Shown: in pieces, positions 1 through 15,545 of the stretch
Numbering within the stretch: the stretch's first letter is position 1
How the letters are laid out: each line of letters starts with the position of its first letter
Assembly (NCBI RefSeq): GCF_009914755.1
Contig: NC_060933.1
Length of the DNA: 64,000 bases
Direction: 5' to 3' (one strand)
Source: the human T2T-CHM13v2.0 reference genome, Homo sapiens
Notes under the pieces: model-generated
Seen by the model: the letters and a program-made list of their open reading frames with translations, nothing else
What the model was told of the DNA's origin: nothing
The model's database searches: none
Made by a program: the position numbers and the translations under genes

Positions 1-29
1 TACAGGCATAAGTCACCACTCCCTGACTA

Positions 30-97
30 AAATATTGTTGATCTGCAGTTGGTTGAATCCATGGATGTAGAACCCTAGGATACCATAGACCAACTGT
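30..97. mobile_element. MER2/Tigger-family DNA transposon end
   Basis: gatctgcagttggttgaatccatggatgtagaacc...accaactgta resembles the MER2 terminus. Confidence 0.6.
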
Positions 98-712
98 ATG
101 TTTATTATCTTGTGATCGTTTTGCAGGTGTGTACATATGACAAAGTCTAGTTTCACACAGGTAATCCATTGGAAACATTTTAATATTTTTTCACTGAATT
201 GGGACTGTTCTTATTAAACTGGGTGAGTTAGGCTCAGTAGTCCATAGGCTATCTTCAGTTTTACTTCCTGCTTTGTCCATATGGGGCCAAGAAGACTTGA
301 TCATAAGGCAAGTATCCACCTGCAGGGGCCTTGCAGGGAGAGGTCACTGACCTCTTAAGCCTGTGAGTAGGACCTTTATCTAAGAGGCATGCTGGTGATA
401 ACTACATGCACAACGTTCGGAAACTACTGTCTACAGGCTGAAGTCTAACTTCTGGCCTAAAATTCAAAGCCTTTCATGCTTCATCTTCTGCAGTTCTTCG
501 CTCTTCTTTCTCCTCTATCCCCTTCACCCTTCCCGTCCCACCACATGAATGACTAATTCCTGAATAGGTCATGCTTCTCCTCCATGCCTTTACCTGTGCT
601 ATTACCTCTACCCAAAATATCCTCTTCCCCTTTTATGACCACTCCCAGACAATATTAATCCTTCCCTCTTTGGTGTTTCTGTTGTCATCTGAGTGATTTA
701 TTCAGCAAACAG

Positions 713-786
713 AGGCTATGGACTTTCTTTGCGTCAGGTAGTATTCTTGCTTGAATACTACCTGACGCAAAGAAAGTCCATAGCCT
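713..786. repeat. Perfect 34-bp inverted repeat with 6-nt spacer
   Basis: 713-746 aggctatggactttctttgcgtcaggtagtattc is the exact reverse complement of 753-786. Confidence 0.97.
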
Positions 787-1065
787 GTGCTTGCTGTGGA
801 GAAATCTCAAGCCTCAAGGGCTAACAAGCAAGAGACAAACACGAAAACCAGTATTTTGTCTTAGAGGTGAGGAGTGCAGTGAGAGATACGGGTATGATGG
901 TAACACCAAAGAAGCATGATTGGTCCTGCTACAGAGAGGGGAGACTGGGCAGGACTTCCCGATGGGTCATTATAACAGAAGAAAAGTGTTGCAGCTTAAC
1001 AAAAGGGGAGGAGCATGAACCATGTGTGTGAGGCGTGGAGCTGTGAAACAGCAAGGATGCACTCT

Positions 1066-1488
1066 GTATTCGTTGCCTGGAGCTACTGTCCCAAAATACC
1101 ACAAAGTGGTGGCCTGAAACAACAGAAATTTGTTCTCTTACAGTTCTGGAGGCCAGAAGTTCAAAATCAAGGTGTCAGCAGAGTTGGTTTCTTCTTGTTG
1201 TGCTGAGATAATTCCTTCCATGTCTCTCCTACCTTTTGGTGGGCCTGAGCAATCCTTGGCATTCCTTGGCTTGTATAAGTCCAGTCTCTGCCTCTGTCTT
1301 CACATAGGGTTCTCTTCTGTGTCTCCTTGTGTCTTGGCTTTCTGGCCCACACTAAAATTATCTAGGGCAATTTTATCCCAAGATCCTTAATTACTCTCTG
1401 AAGACCCTATTTCCAAATAAGGTCACATTCACAGGTGTCAGGGATTAAGATTTGGACATATCTTTTGGAGGAACATTATTCAACCCAC
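1066..1488 (-). mobile_element. MaLR LTR (MLT1C-like)
   Basis: Hallmarks aaataccacaaa...aaacaacagaaatttgttctcttacagttctggaggccagaagt and ccaaataaggtcacattcacagg...ggacatatcttttgg. Confidence 0.8.
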
Positions 1489-3103
1489 TCCTACCTCAAA
1501 AACTATAAGAATTGCTTTGCCTAGTTGCACTTTTGTTTTTATTCCAAGCTTTTATCGGGGGATTCGGTCTTCCATATGTTCTTTTTTTCCTCTGTCCGAC
1601 TTTCCATTCTGATTTATACCTTCCTCAAGACTTTTAAATTAGTGATAATTTCTCATCTTACATATGTCCTTATACTTCAGTTTGTGAAATGTGTGTTGGA
1701 CAAAAGCATGAACTGGAAAACACCTATCAGGTTTAGTGGCAGACCTCTGCCAAAGGAGTTCCAGGATAGCAGTGAGCCAAGAAACTAGATTGCAGTGCAT
1801 TGAGGAGGGAATGAGCAGCTATGAAGAGGAGGGTGTCTGTCTCTTTAAACCCTTGCCTGTGAAAGGCTGACAGTACAGAACACTGGCTGGAGTGAGGCTG
1901 ACATTGACAGGAAGCTGCCGAAAGAGAGAGGGATGCTGGAGAAATAAAACTCAACTTATGGCACTCACATCAAGGAAGTGGGAAGGGATGGATCCAGAGG
2001 GACAAGCCAATGGAGACGGGCGAGCAGGGTAAGGAGATGGTATCCTCCTCCTTGATGGAGAAGCTTTTTCCAAGAACAATGGAATAGGTGTGCGGGGCAT
2101 AGGGAGACTTGGAAGGACCCCCAAAGGGAATAGAAAAGGAGAGCCTCTTGGCCACTAGGATGGTGTTAGGGAGCCAGGGGAGGTTGGAGCCTCTCTGGAA
2201 GTGCCCTGTGGCTGCCCAAGTGAGGGGAGACAATGAGTACACATGTGAAGAAAGGATTTCCTGTGGGAAAACCAGATTCATGTCCTTCCTGCCCAGAGTT
2301 ATGTTCTTCAAGGAGTTCAGTCCTGCACACACTAGTGAATAATCCTTATAAATGTCCACATATGCCCCCCAAGTACGTCTACCAAACATAGCTCAGTCTT
2401 ACATAAAACAGTGTACACATGTTACTAATCAGATGCTCTCATAAGGAATCATGCCATTTTGAGAGGGCCCGAAGCTCTAACAACTTGAGACCTCCTATCT
2501 GGGCCGTAGCTTTCTCATTATAAAGTTGGAAGTGGTAGGATTAGCCTGGATGGGTTCTCATTACCTCCCAACTCTGGTATTCTGTGGTTCTAATGGTAGT
2601 TGGTAGCCCTTGGCATCACTCAAGAATAATCCTTGATGGCCAGTGTGCAGCACTGCCTCCCTGTGGGCACCCCTCAGTCTAACAGCCACACAGCAAGTCC
2701 CCAGCCTCCCCAGCTCTGCCCCATTGTATCCAGGTAAGCAAGGTGAGCCCTTGCTGTAAGCATCACCCTGGTTGCCTTCCCATGACCCAGCTTCTGAGAA
2801 TCTCCTTGCTGTGTGCATAGCCCTCTTCACCCATCTCTCCAGCTCTTCGTGTTGGGCTCCGCCCTTCTTCTGGTAGTCTTCTGATTCCATGTGGCCCCAT
2901 GAGCCACTCTCTGCCCAACCAGTCATGTAGATGTGGCTTGTGCACAGTCTAGAGACTATATAAGCAGGCCATGATGGTTGGTTGTGATCATTTTTAGGTA
3001 TCATGCTCTTGATAATGAACATATCCCTCGATTTGATACTGTTTTGATGGGAAAATCAGTTTTATCCCCTCACCATCCCTTTGTGAGCATACACCTAGCC
3101 TTA

Positions 3104-3601
<498 letters not shown>

Positions 3602-4611
3602 TTAGCTTCCACACCATTAATAGTTTAATCTCTTAAGTCACAAGTAAGGAAAGGGAGTCACATACGACAGCAAAAGCCCGCAGTTCCCAGCAAAAGCCAG
3701 AGGCAAATGAGAACCCACGAAGAACCCAGAGTTCACACCACAACCTGTGCGCTGGTCGGGGTGACCCATGCTGGACCTCCACAGAACATGGGGCCATTCA
3801 GCTAACTCAGTAAACACTTGCTGAGCATCTGACCTGAGCCAGGTCCTGTGCTGACATCTAGGACTTTCTACCCTTAAGGAGCTGTGGCTTTTTCTCTAGT
3901 TGGTGAGACAGATGGAAACCCCTTCAGTTCCACTACAGATATTTTTGAAATACCTGTTATGTGCCAGGCACTTTCTGAACTCGAGGTACCGCAGTGAACC
4001 AGACAGGTGTTATCTATGCCCTCCTGGGGCTTCTAAGCCTTCAGAGAAGATAGACACTGTACAGGTGAGTTAAGTGCTCCAAAGAGTATGGCTCCTGGTG
4101 TGTAAGGGTTCAAATATCTGTTGATAGAAAGGATAAAGGCCATGTCATCTTTATTCTTTCTCACAGGGCCCAGCATGGGGCCTAACACAGTTAGACTTAA
4201 GTAAATGGATTCAACTCACTGGTCCCCAGCACTGTCCTCTGCATGATGTTACCGAAATGGAGACAACCAAAACTAACTGGACAACTTAGTCAGCTGGACT
4301 GGAAGACTGCACTTCCAAATGGAAAGGTTTGCAGTGGCTCCTTTGGAAATGTGGCTTCAAGGGTGGAGAGGGGGGAAGTGAATGTGGGGCTCGCATTATA
4401 GGCTTTGGGGGTTACAGAGCTTGCTGGTGTTGCTTGCCCTTACGCTCTGTCAAATCTCAGGCAGATGAAACAAGATGTAAGCTTTCTAAATTATCAATAG
4501 AGGGCCTGTCATTCAAATGGAAGATAAGACCAGAGAAAATAAAAGTCCACCAAAATAATGCCAGAGAAAAACAACCCTGGTCTTTCAAAAAACCATAGAT
4601 ACAATTTCTTA

Positions 4612-4922
<311 letters not shown>

Positions 4923-5490
4923 AGGTTTAGTCCAGGAGGCCTATTTGTGTTTTGAATCAAAATTCACTGCTTTAGAAAGAAACTGCATGGATTTCAGTGT
5001 TCTCGTCTGTCATACTCTCTCAGACTTCTTTCCTACCCTCAGAAAGCTTCCATTTTAAGATAGGAAAGAGAAGCCCTGAAACAAGACCAGTGTAACTTAA
5101 GTTACAAAGAGGCATTCATGTGGGTCTATGTGTGTGGAGAGAGGTCACTTCTAGTGTCACTGGTGGTGGAGACCCAGGAAAACTTCACAGAGGAGATGGC
5201 ATTGGAATTAGCTCTTGAAGCATAAAGAAGACTAATAATTAGGATAAGAGGAAATGCCTCTCAGGAGGAAGACAAATATAGGCAACAGCCTGGATGTAGG
5301 ATAACCTAGGACACACTTAAGTAAGAAGGTCTAGTATAATTTCCCTTGACTCTAGTTCACATGAGGGTAATAGAGGGAGGTAAATGAACCAGATCACTGA
5401 AGTCTGAATTTCAAGCTAAAGAGTGTGGTTTCATTTTCCTCATCTATAAAATGAAGATAATATCTCTGTCTCTTGCAAGAATTAAAGTGA

Positions 5491-5858
5491 GGCCAGGCAC
5501 AGTGCATAGCCCTCTTCACCCATCTCTCCAGCTCTTCGTGTTGGGCTCAGCCCTTCTTCTGGTAGTCTTCTGGTTCCAGATAATGGCTATGATTCCGGCA
5601 CTTTGGGATGCTAAGGTGGGAGAATCACCTGAGCCAGGAGTTTGAGACGAGTCTGGGCAACATGGCAAGACCCCAATCTCTACAAAAATTCTAAAACTTA
5701 GCTGGGAGTGGTGGCGTGCACCTGTGGCCCTAGCTGCTTAGGAGGCTGAGGTGGGAGGATCGCTTGAGCCCAGGAGAACAAGGCTGTGGTGAGCTGTGAT
5801 TACACCACTGTGCTCCAGCCTGGGCAACAGAAGGAGACCATCTCAAAAAAAAAAAAAA
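5491..5858 (+). mobile_element. AluJ-like element interrupted by a templated insertion
   Basis: ggccaggcacagtg[insert]gataatggctatgattccggcactttggg... through the poly(A) tail. Confidence 0.88.
5502..5578 (+). repeat. 77-bp direct copy of 2813-2889 inserted in an Alu 5' end
   Basis: 75/77 identity with 2813-2889; flanks resume the Alu consensus. Confidence 0.95.
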
Positions 5859-5944
5859 GTTCTGCATTAGATGTATATATATTAGATATGTATATATTAG
5901 TCATTAACTACTTGCATAATGCTTTGTAAAAAGCAGCTGACACA

Positions 5945-6334
<390 letters not shown>

Positions 6335-6443
6335 TTAACACAGCACTGCACAAATTAGCAATTAGCACTTTTGTAATATTAGTACTCATAAATTGCTTTT
6401 CTTTCCAAGGAATTAAAAGACATGAACAGACATGGTAGGTGGT

Positions 6444-6789
6444 TACATCGGTCAGGGTTCTCTCGAGAAACAGAACCAATAGTAGAGATTTATTCAAGCT
6501 TGCACAGTTGTGTAGGCTAGCCAGTCTAAGATCTGTAGGGCAGGCAGCTGAGGCAGGATTTCTGTCTTAAGGCAGAATTCCTTCTTTGGGAAACTTCAGC
6601 TTTTGCTCCTAAGGCCTTCATCTGATTGAATGAGGCCCACCCACATTATCAATGTCAGTCTCCTTTATTTCAAGTCAGCTGATAAATCACATCTACGAAA
6701 TACCTTCCCAGCATCATCTAGACTAGCATTTGACCAACCAACTGGGCATCATAGCCTAGCCAAGTTGACATATAGAATTAGGCATCACA
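6444..6789 (-). mobile_element. ERVL LTR (MLT2-family)
   Basis: cagggttctctcgagaaacagaaccaatag ... aggcccacccacattat ... ctagccaagttgacatatagaattaggcatcaca. Confidence 0.8.
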
Positions 6790-6989
6790 GTGGTCTTTAT
6801 CTTGAATATGGAAACTGAGACACAGACTGGCAAACTGACACAGAAGCTTGGCCAAATTAGAATTCCTAGAACCCGGTACCAGGCCTACCAGGTAACTCTT
6901 GTGTCTTATAGTTTTATATTATTTATTCCTGCTTTTTACATAAAATTTACCATAGACATAACCAGACTGAATATCTATGGGTAGATTGT

Positions 6990-9950
6990 GCCGAATGCTG
7001 ATGCAAACCACTCTATTTTGGGGAGGAAAGAGAGGACTGACGTCAGGTCAGGCCCACAGGTAGAGACACAGACTTTGGCTTGGTGCGAAGAAACACTTCC
7101 AGACTGGAGTTTCCACCAGTGGGACAGGCTGCCTGGGACACACACAGCTCTTGGTCCCCGGAGGCGAGCAACAAAAAGCTGAGCCACTTAACATGGTGCT
7201 GTGAAGGAGATCCAAACATCCAGCCAGCATGGACCAGGGGCTGAGAAGAGCCTCCCTCCGAGCCTGTATGAATTCCGATAACCCCAGATACTAGAAATGA
7301 TCCTCACAATTAACTGCATCCTTCAGAAAAGTCCTTGCTCCTCTCCCTACCCCTTCTCCACCACCAGGGAGCCTGTGGAGATTGGAGCAGAACGGGGAAC
7401 CTCCCTGAGATGGAAGCCATCTGCAGGCCCCACTCACTTTTCCTCCACTGGCGCCCTCTTGCCTGCCAGCCTACCCTGGTTAACCTTCCTGGGAGGAGAG
7501 CTTGTCAAAGTCGCCTCCGCCTCAGCCTCCTTTCACAACCCTGCCTCATCTTCCACACCAAGTCTCAGGGGGCCTGCAGGACCCACCATCATCCTGGAGA
7601 AGTCATGGGTCGCCAGCCACCTGTCTCCTGTGCCTGCACCCAACTAACCATCGCTTCCTGCTAATTTGCATTGACAACCTTCCTGCACTTGGCTGCTCAG
7701 GGGAGTTTTCTGGTTTTATCTCCTCAATTAACTTTGGCCTCCTGGGTCACTCTGGATTTCCCACTGCAGACCTGGCTGTGGAAGCCTGCCTATATGCTCC
7801 AGAGGATTCTTGTCTTTTCACGAGCCCTCCCTTCCCATCTGCAAGCCAGGCTGTGCACACAGCAACATCTTGCAAGGGAGTCTCGGCCATGGCAGGATTT
7901 TTGAAGTTCTGGTGGGTGTCAGAGCTGCAAAGGGCCAAAGGACTGTCTAGTCCACTCTAGCCCACCCGACTTTGCCTCCTCTCCTCACTTCACAGATGGG
8001 AAATTGAGGCAAGAACTGAGAAAAGGCTTGCGGTGGTCATACATCAAGTCAGAATAATGGCCAGACCCAGGCCTTGGTGCCCCCTCAACCCCCTCACACT
8101 CTCTCTGCCACATTTTGTCAACAGAAAACAATTTGCAAACTTCATCAAGTTAGGAGGGAGTGAAAAATGTGTTTAAATATTGAGCTTCAACAGCCTTGTT
8201 ACTTCTAGGCACCTTCAGCTATTTGCAAGAATCTCTGGGCATAGCATGAGCCGGGCTGTGGCATGGGAGTGAGGGGCTGGATGGAGAAGAGGCCTCCCTC
8301 CTGGGCCAGGAAGCCGACTCCCATCCCCTCCTTTAGCACCGTGGACTGAGCACCTCTAAAATAACACCTCCCATGGAGTTACGATGCGTCAGGGAGCAAA
8401 TGAACTCTGAGATGCAGGAACTAGACCTGAGGACAGGAGGAAACTGGGAAGGGAGTGGGGAGCAGCAGCAGAGCAAACAGAAAAGATGCCCGAAGGAAGC
8501 GAGTTCCTAGGCCACCAGGGCCAAGACCCCAGCACGTGCTATAGATTATCTTGGGGTTCCCAAGAGAAAGAAACTCTCAAGATCAGAAAGTCACTGTTGT
8601 CTTGGAGGACTTTCAGAGATAATGAAGTCTAGAATGCTCTTGGTACCTATGGGGAAACTGAGGCCCAGAGAGAGCCTCGCATCCCATACTGAGTTGGGGG
8701 CAGAGCCAGGACTACTGCCCAGGCCCGACCCCAGTGTGAGACTCTTTCCACAAGGTGGGGAACCAGGGCGTGGGAGCAGGGTTTGCAGGAGACCTGAAGG
8801 AGGGGACATCTATGGTTGGGTGTTGAACTTTTTGGAGCCCTAGAGGCCAGTGAGGCAGAAACACCACAGAGGAAAGCTGGGGTTTCTCTGTGACAACAGA
8901 CTCTTGTGGTGCTATGAAGAAACTGGTGTGGTTGTGATGAGGAAAGAAAGGCTGTGAAAGTGAAATTTCCAATTTGTGAGAGGAGGAAACTGCAAATGTG
9001 TTCTCCATCCCATGCAAATTATCTGTGGCCTTTTGTCCTGCACCTGCAGCGGCTCACAACATACACAACACCAGGGCTCAGACAGGGCTCAGGGTCCCGC
9101 AGAGTCTGAACTGGGTCTTCCAGCTCCAAACACAGCAGGAGCACAGGGGCAGAGAAAGTCTCCCTCCAGCTGTGGGGGTGTCCTGAGATGCCTGAGCTGC
9201 ACCTGTAGGGTGTCTGCCCTCCCAAGGGCCTGCCAGGATGAGAACGGGCAAACCTGGCCAAGGTGACCCCATTAGGGACTACCCTCCTAGGGACAGCACT
9301 CAGGGCCGTTCCCAATCACCCCGGATTTCCTGTCCTGCTCGTCTCCTGCCACACCTCCTTTTGATCTACCCCCAAGACACCCCTACCTTTTTATTCTGTG
9401 AAAATTTACTCATGCTGTGGGCCCTGCTGGAAATGCCCTCCTACTGTTTCCCCAAACCCCGTCAGAAATTCCACGGGGAAACTCCCTTCCCTTCTGCTGC
9501 AGGCACCGTCACTGTGTCTCTCAGCTCTGCCCCCCAGCCTCTGAGTACCACCTTATCCTAGCCCTTAGCTACTGGCTTGTCATTGTCTCTTTACGTTCTC
9601 AGCCTCCCACAGAAGCCTGGGAGCTCCTCGAGGGCAGGTATCTGATTCATCTCTGTATCCCAAAAGCCCAGCGTTTTGCTTGGCACCCATTAGAGGCCAG
9701 GAAGGGCAAACCTCCTGTCAAATCCCGGGGGAGATGTTGCTAATCAGTCCTGAACACCGTTCCCTTGGAGACTCAGGCTTCTCAACGTGGTGGGTAGGCC
9801 CTGCCTGTCAGCCAGGACCTGCTCTCCCAAAGGGGCGCTCCAGAAATGTGTGACTCAGTTCAGCTGGAAGCTCCTGGCCCCTCAGAGGTTTGACGCCAGC
9901 CCTCTGGTGTGTGATTTCTGAGATACCAAGGCTTACTTCCTCATGACGCC
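6990..9950. promoter_or_regulatory. Candidate B-cell enhancer (PAX5 distal enhancer region)
   Basis: Alu/LTR-free island with octamers (7664-7671, 9012-9019), ISRE-like 8956-8965, NF-kB 9476-9485 and EBF-like 9220-9229 and 9723-9732. The locus assignment is from memory. Confidence 0.55.
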
Positions 9951-10019
9951 CGCATGCTGCCTCAGCTTCACTCCTGAGACAGTCCAGGCAGGAAGCACAG
10001 AACTCCTCTCAGTTCTGTA

Positions 10020-10156
10020 CTCACACTCGATATTCACACTCATACACACGCAAGTATGTACACATGCACATATGCACACTTGCACCACACATGCTGCCAC
10101 ATACACAATAACACATGCACACGCTTGCTCACACTTGCACACACACACAAATACAC
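10020..10156. repeat. Degenerate (CA)n/(CACATG)n tract
   Basis: Alternating purine-pyrimidine cacacatgcac units. Confidence 0.8.
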
Positions 10157-10550
10157 TCCCATCAAATGTTTTACGGGATTCAGGAGTTTCAGTGAAGATT
10201 TGGGGGCTACGAGGACAGGTTACATGACACTGGGCATAGCTTCCCACTGTCCTTGCAGCTCCCCCTACCCACTCTCTCTGTCCTCTCCCCCTCAATTCCC
10301 TCCATTGTTCCAGCACTGCCCCACCTCGGTCCCAAATTCTCATCCCTCTGTTTTATAGAGCCATTCTACTGTCTGCTCTGGAGTTGGGAACTGTCCATAC
10401 CTGTGCCTGCAGATCCCAAACAAGGGAGTGTTTCCCAAAGAGGCATTTGAATCACATGTTTCTCCGTCTTGCTTAGTATCATTATGAACAAATGAATGGC
10501 TGTAGCAGAAGAATGTCTTGTCACAGCTCTCCATTTCCCATTCTAAACTA

Positions 10551-11139
<589 letters not shown>

Positions 11140-11924
11140 CGAATAGTGACAAGTGAAGGATGTGACTGAGGCCATCCTAGAGGTAGAGAAACAGCCTTTC
11201 TGCTGTGATATGAAGGACAGTCAACTTTCCAGGTGAGCAAGATTGGGAAGGTCATCTCAAGCAGGAGGAGCAGCACGTGCAAGGACACAGGAGTGCCTCA
11301 CCTATTCTTGAGCTTCATATAAATGGAATCATCCAGTGGGTACTCTTGTCTCTGACTTCCTTAGCTCAGTGAGTCTGTAAGATTCACCCATGGGGAGAAT
11401 ACTCTAAAGCTTTGTTTCAAACATTGAGAATTGGGGAGCTAACTTGGAGGAGCCCAAACTCAACACAATAGTTTCCTAATCACCCCACCACAGAAGCAGG
11501 GCTCTCATGAAAATTAGCTTTTATCCTCTTCTTGTAAAAGCTTCCACAGAACCTAAGCCTCAAGGAGCACAATGTATAGCAAGCTCCCCCACCGCCTGCA
11601 CTGAGCAGCAAGAGTCTCACTCTAGTCCACAACTTAAGATGTTCTATTAAACCCAGGGTGGATTTTCTATGCCCAGTGGTTTTCCATTTTGTCTTTTAAT
11701 TTTTACTTTAAGGACTTAATTTTAACAAAAGAGCCAAATTACCACCAAGCTTTGAAATGAACTTTAGAGGAGTTAAGAACAGGCTTTGGAATATGAAGCT
11801 TTAATGAATATTGGAAGACAGTAATTAAACAGCCACTGTGCCCTGTCTCATGCTTTACAAAAGGCAAGGAACAGAGAGATCAAAGACTGGAGGTGTTTGC
11901 TTCGGAACCACTGGAACCACCTGA

Positions 11925-12226
<302 letters not shown>

Positions 12227-12536
12227 CACCTGAGATTTAAAGTCTCCTGTGCCCAGCCTGCACCCCCAGACCAATGGCATCGGAATCTGTTGGATGGGGA
12301 CACAGACACCACAATTATCTCTTAAGCACTCACGTGATTCCAATGTGCTTCCAAGGTTAAGAGTTTCTGGATTGATTGACAGTGAAGTGATGAGAAACTG
12401 ATAAAGGAAAACGGGTGAAGCTGAAAGAGAGAGGTCTTCACACCAAAATACAGCTCAGCTTTGGAAGGAACCGAGAGGGCTACACCCAAGCCTGGTGACA
12501 CCAAGGGACATTTCCAACCTCTGAGGAAGGAGTTCT

Positions 12537-12899
12537 GTTATGGGCTAAATTATGTTCCCCCAAAATTCATATGTTGAAGTACTAAATCCCAGTACCTCAG
12601 AATGTGACTGTATTTGAGGCTGGCCCTATAGAGGGGTGATTAAGTTAACGTGAGGTCACTATGGAGAGCCTCAGTCCAATCTGACAGGTGTTCTTAATAC
12701 ATAAGAAGAGGAGACCGGAACACACAAAGAGACCCAGGGGTGCACAGGGACCACATGAAGAGGCAGCCAGAGGGCAGCCACCTGCAAGCCAAGGAGGAGG
12801 CCTCAGCGGAAAGCAACCCTGCCGATGCTTTGGTCTTAGACATCTGTGGATGACATCACTCAGTGTTAGTTTGGTGTAGCAGCCCTTGCAAACCAATGC
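12537..12899 (+). mobile_element. MaLR LTR (MLT1A/B-like)
   Basis: tgttatgggctaaattatgttcccccaaaattcatatgttgaag...cagtacctcagaatgtgactgtatttg. Confidence 0.82.
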
Positions 12900-13179
12900 A
12901 AGCTTCATTTCAGCACTTTGGTCTTATGTCTAAAGAGTCTTCTCACAAGGTTACTTCTTCAGCCACTTCTCGGACTCTTCCCTAACAACTAATGAGGATC
13001 CCCTTAAATACTGATCCACTAAGATGTTCACAGAATATTCCTGATAATTATGGATAGTGGAAATGTTTGACAATGAGAGAATGGAGAAGTAAATGATAGC
13101 AGTCAGTTCAATAGAGCATGAAGAAGCCATTAAGTTATCAAGATTTTTTTAGCCTCTTCCCTTGTCTTCTAACAAGGTC

Positions 13180-13826
<647 letters not shown>

Positions 13827-14995
13827 GATTTTTAAAGTTGCACTTTCAGCTTGATCTCTCACCTACGCAAAAACGCATTGAAAATGCCCTTCAGTAAGCG
13901 GATGGGTAGGTAAGTTCTGAGGTATTCACAAAACAGAATCCCACACCACCTGCAACAACATGGAAGAATCTTACAAACATTGAGCTGCAGGGAAAAGAAG
14001 TCAGACACAAAAGATTCCATTTCCCTAAAATTCAAAACAGCCAAAACTAAATCTGTGCTGTTAGTAGTCAGGATAGCAGTTCCCTTGGGGAGACCAGAAC
14101 GGGGTACAAGGGAACCTTCTGGGGTGCGGAAAACGTTCTGTGTCTTCATCTAGGAGATCAAGACCCTCGTCCTGAGACCTCCTAACCCCATACCAGGACA
14201 CTTGAGTATGTGTCTACTTTCTTTGCCCCCAATGTCTAGGTTACCTATAGGTAGTCCTGCCTCTCCAACACATATGGGGACACCCACAGAGAGTCTTTAG
14301 CTTCACAGTTGGTGCTTTGACCTACCCATCTGCATCCTAAACCCATACAAGGATGTATAAATATAGAAAAATGTATTGAGTTGTAATTGTACTTTAGGTT
14401 AATGTCAGTTTTTTTTAAGTGTTTTAAAAGGCAGTGTAAAAGAGCTGGAAGTTAGTATGTACACAGATGGCCATGGCATTCAGCTGGGGCTGGTACAGGG
14501 TCTGTGGGACTGGTTAGGGGTGGGGCAGGCGGCTCAGTTCTGACTTGGGTTGGAAGAGTGGAATCTGGGCAGGCTTCCCCTAAGGAAGTGGCTCTTAGAT
14601 GAAAGCAGAATGAATGGGGGGAAAAGCATCTCAGACAGGCTTGTTCAAAGGCTCATAGGCAGGCCAGTGGAGGAGTCATCCAGGCTGAGAGCACTGGTCA
14701 GGGTCGGAACATGGTTGTGGTGGGAGAGGAGATGGATAGGACAGAGACAGGGACACCCAACTGCAGATGAAGTTGTCTGATTCCAGGAATGATCCCAGCA
14801 TGGCTGACCAAGGGTGGTCTGTGCTGTCGATGATCTCAAAGCGGGGTCGGGTAGCCATGCCAGCTTGGGGCACAAGGGAGAAGATATGATGTACCACAGT
14901 CTAGATGATGTGGTTGAGGTCCCAAGTCACTGTACGTGAGAATATTGATGGGTAAACCAAGGCACAAGCTGGAGAGCTCAAGACTCTGTGGGTGT

Positions 14996-14996
<1 letters not shown>

Positions 14997-15039
<43 letters not shown>
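14997..15039. repeat. (TG)n microsatellite, about 21 units
   Basis: Direct inspection. Confidence 0.95.
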
Positions 15040-15041
<2 letters not shown>

Positions 15042-15228
15042 GAGAGAAGGTAAAATACATAGGTAGGTAGACACAGTGTCCTGGGATAGAGTGAGGGGAT
15101 ATCAGGACAAGGTCATGAGTTGAGGCTTGGAACCTAGGGCAGCTTAGGGGTTCTTAGCTGATCTGGTTTCCCCTTGGGTTTTGTTTCGTTTTGTTTTGTG
15201 AGTGCGTGTGTTTAGAAATGGAGCCTTG

Positions 15229-15545
<317 letters not shown>

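Noticed and set aside
1970-3022. 139-aa and 153-aa minus-strand ORFs
   Set aside because: No recognisable protein family, splice structure or poly(A)/TSD; the length is compatible with chance.
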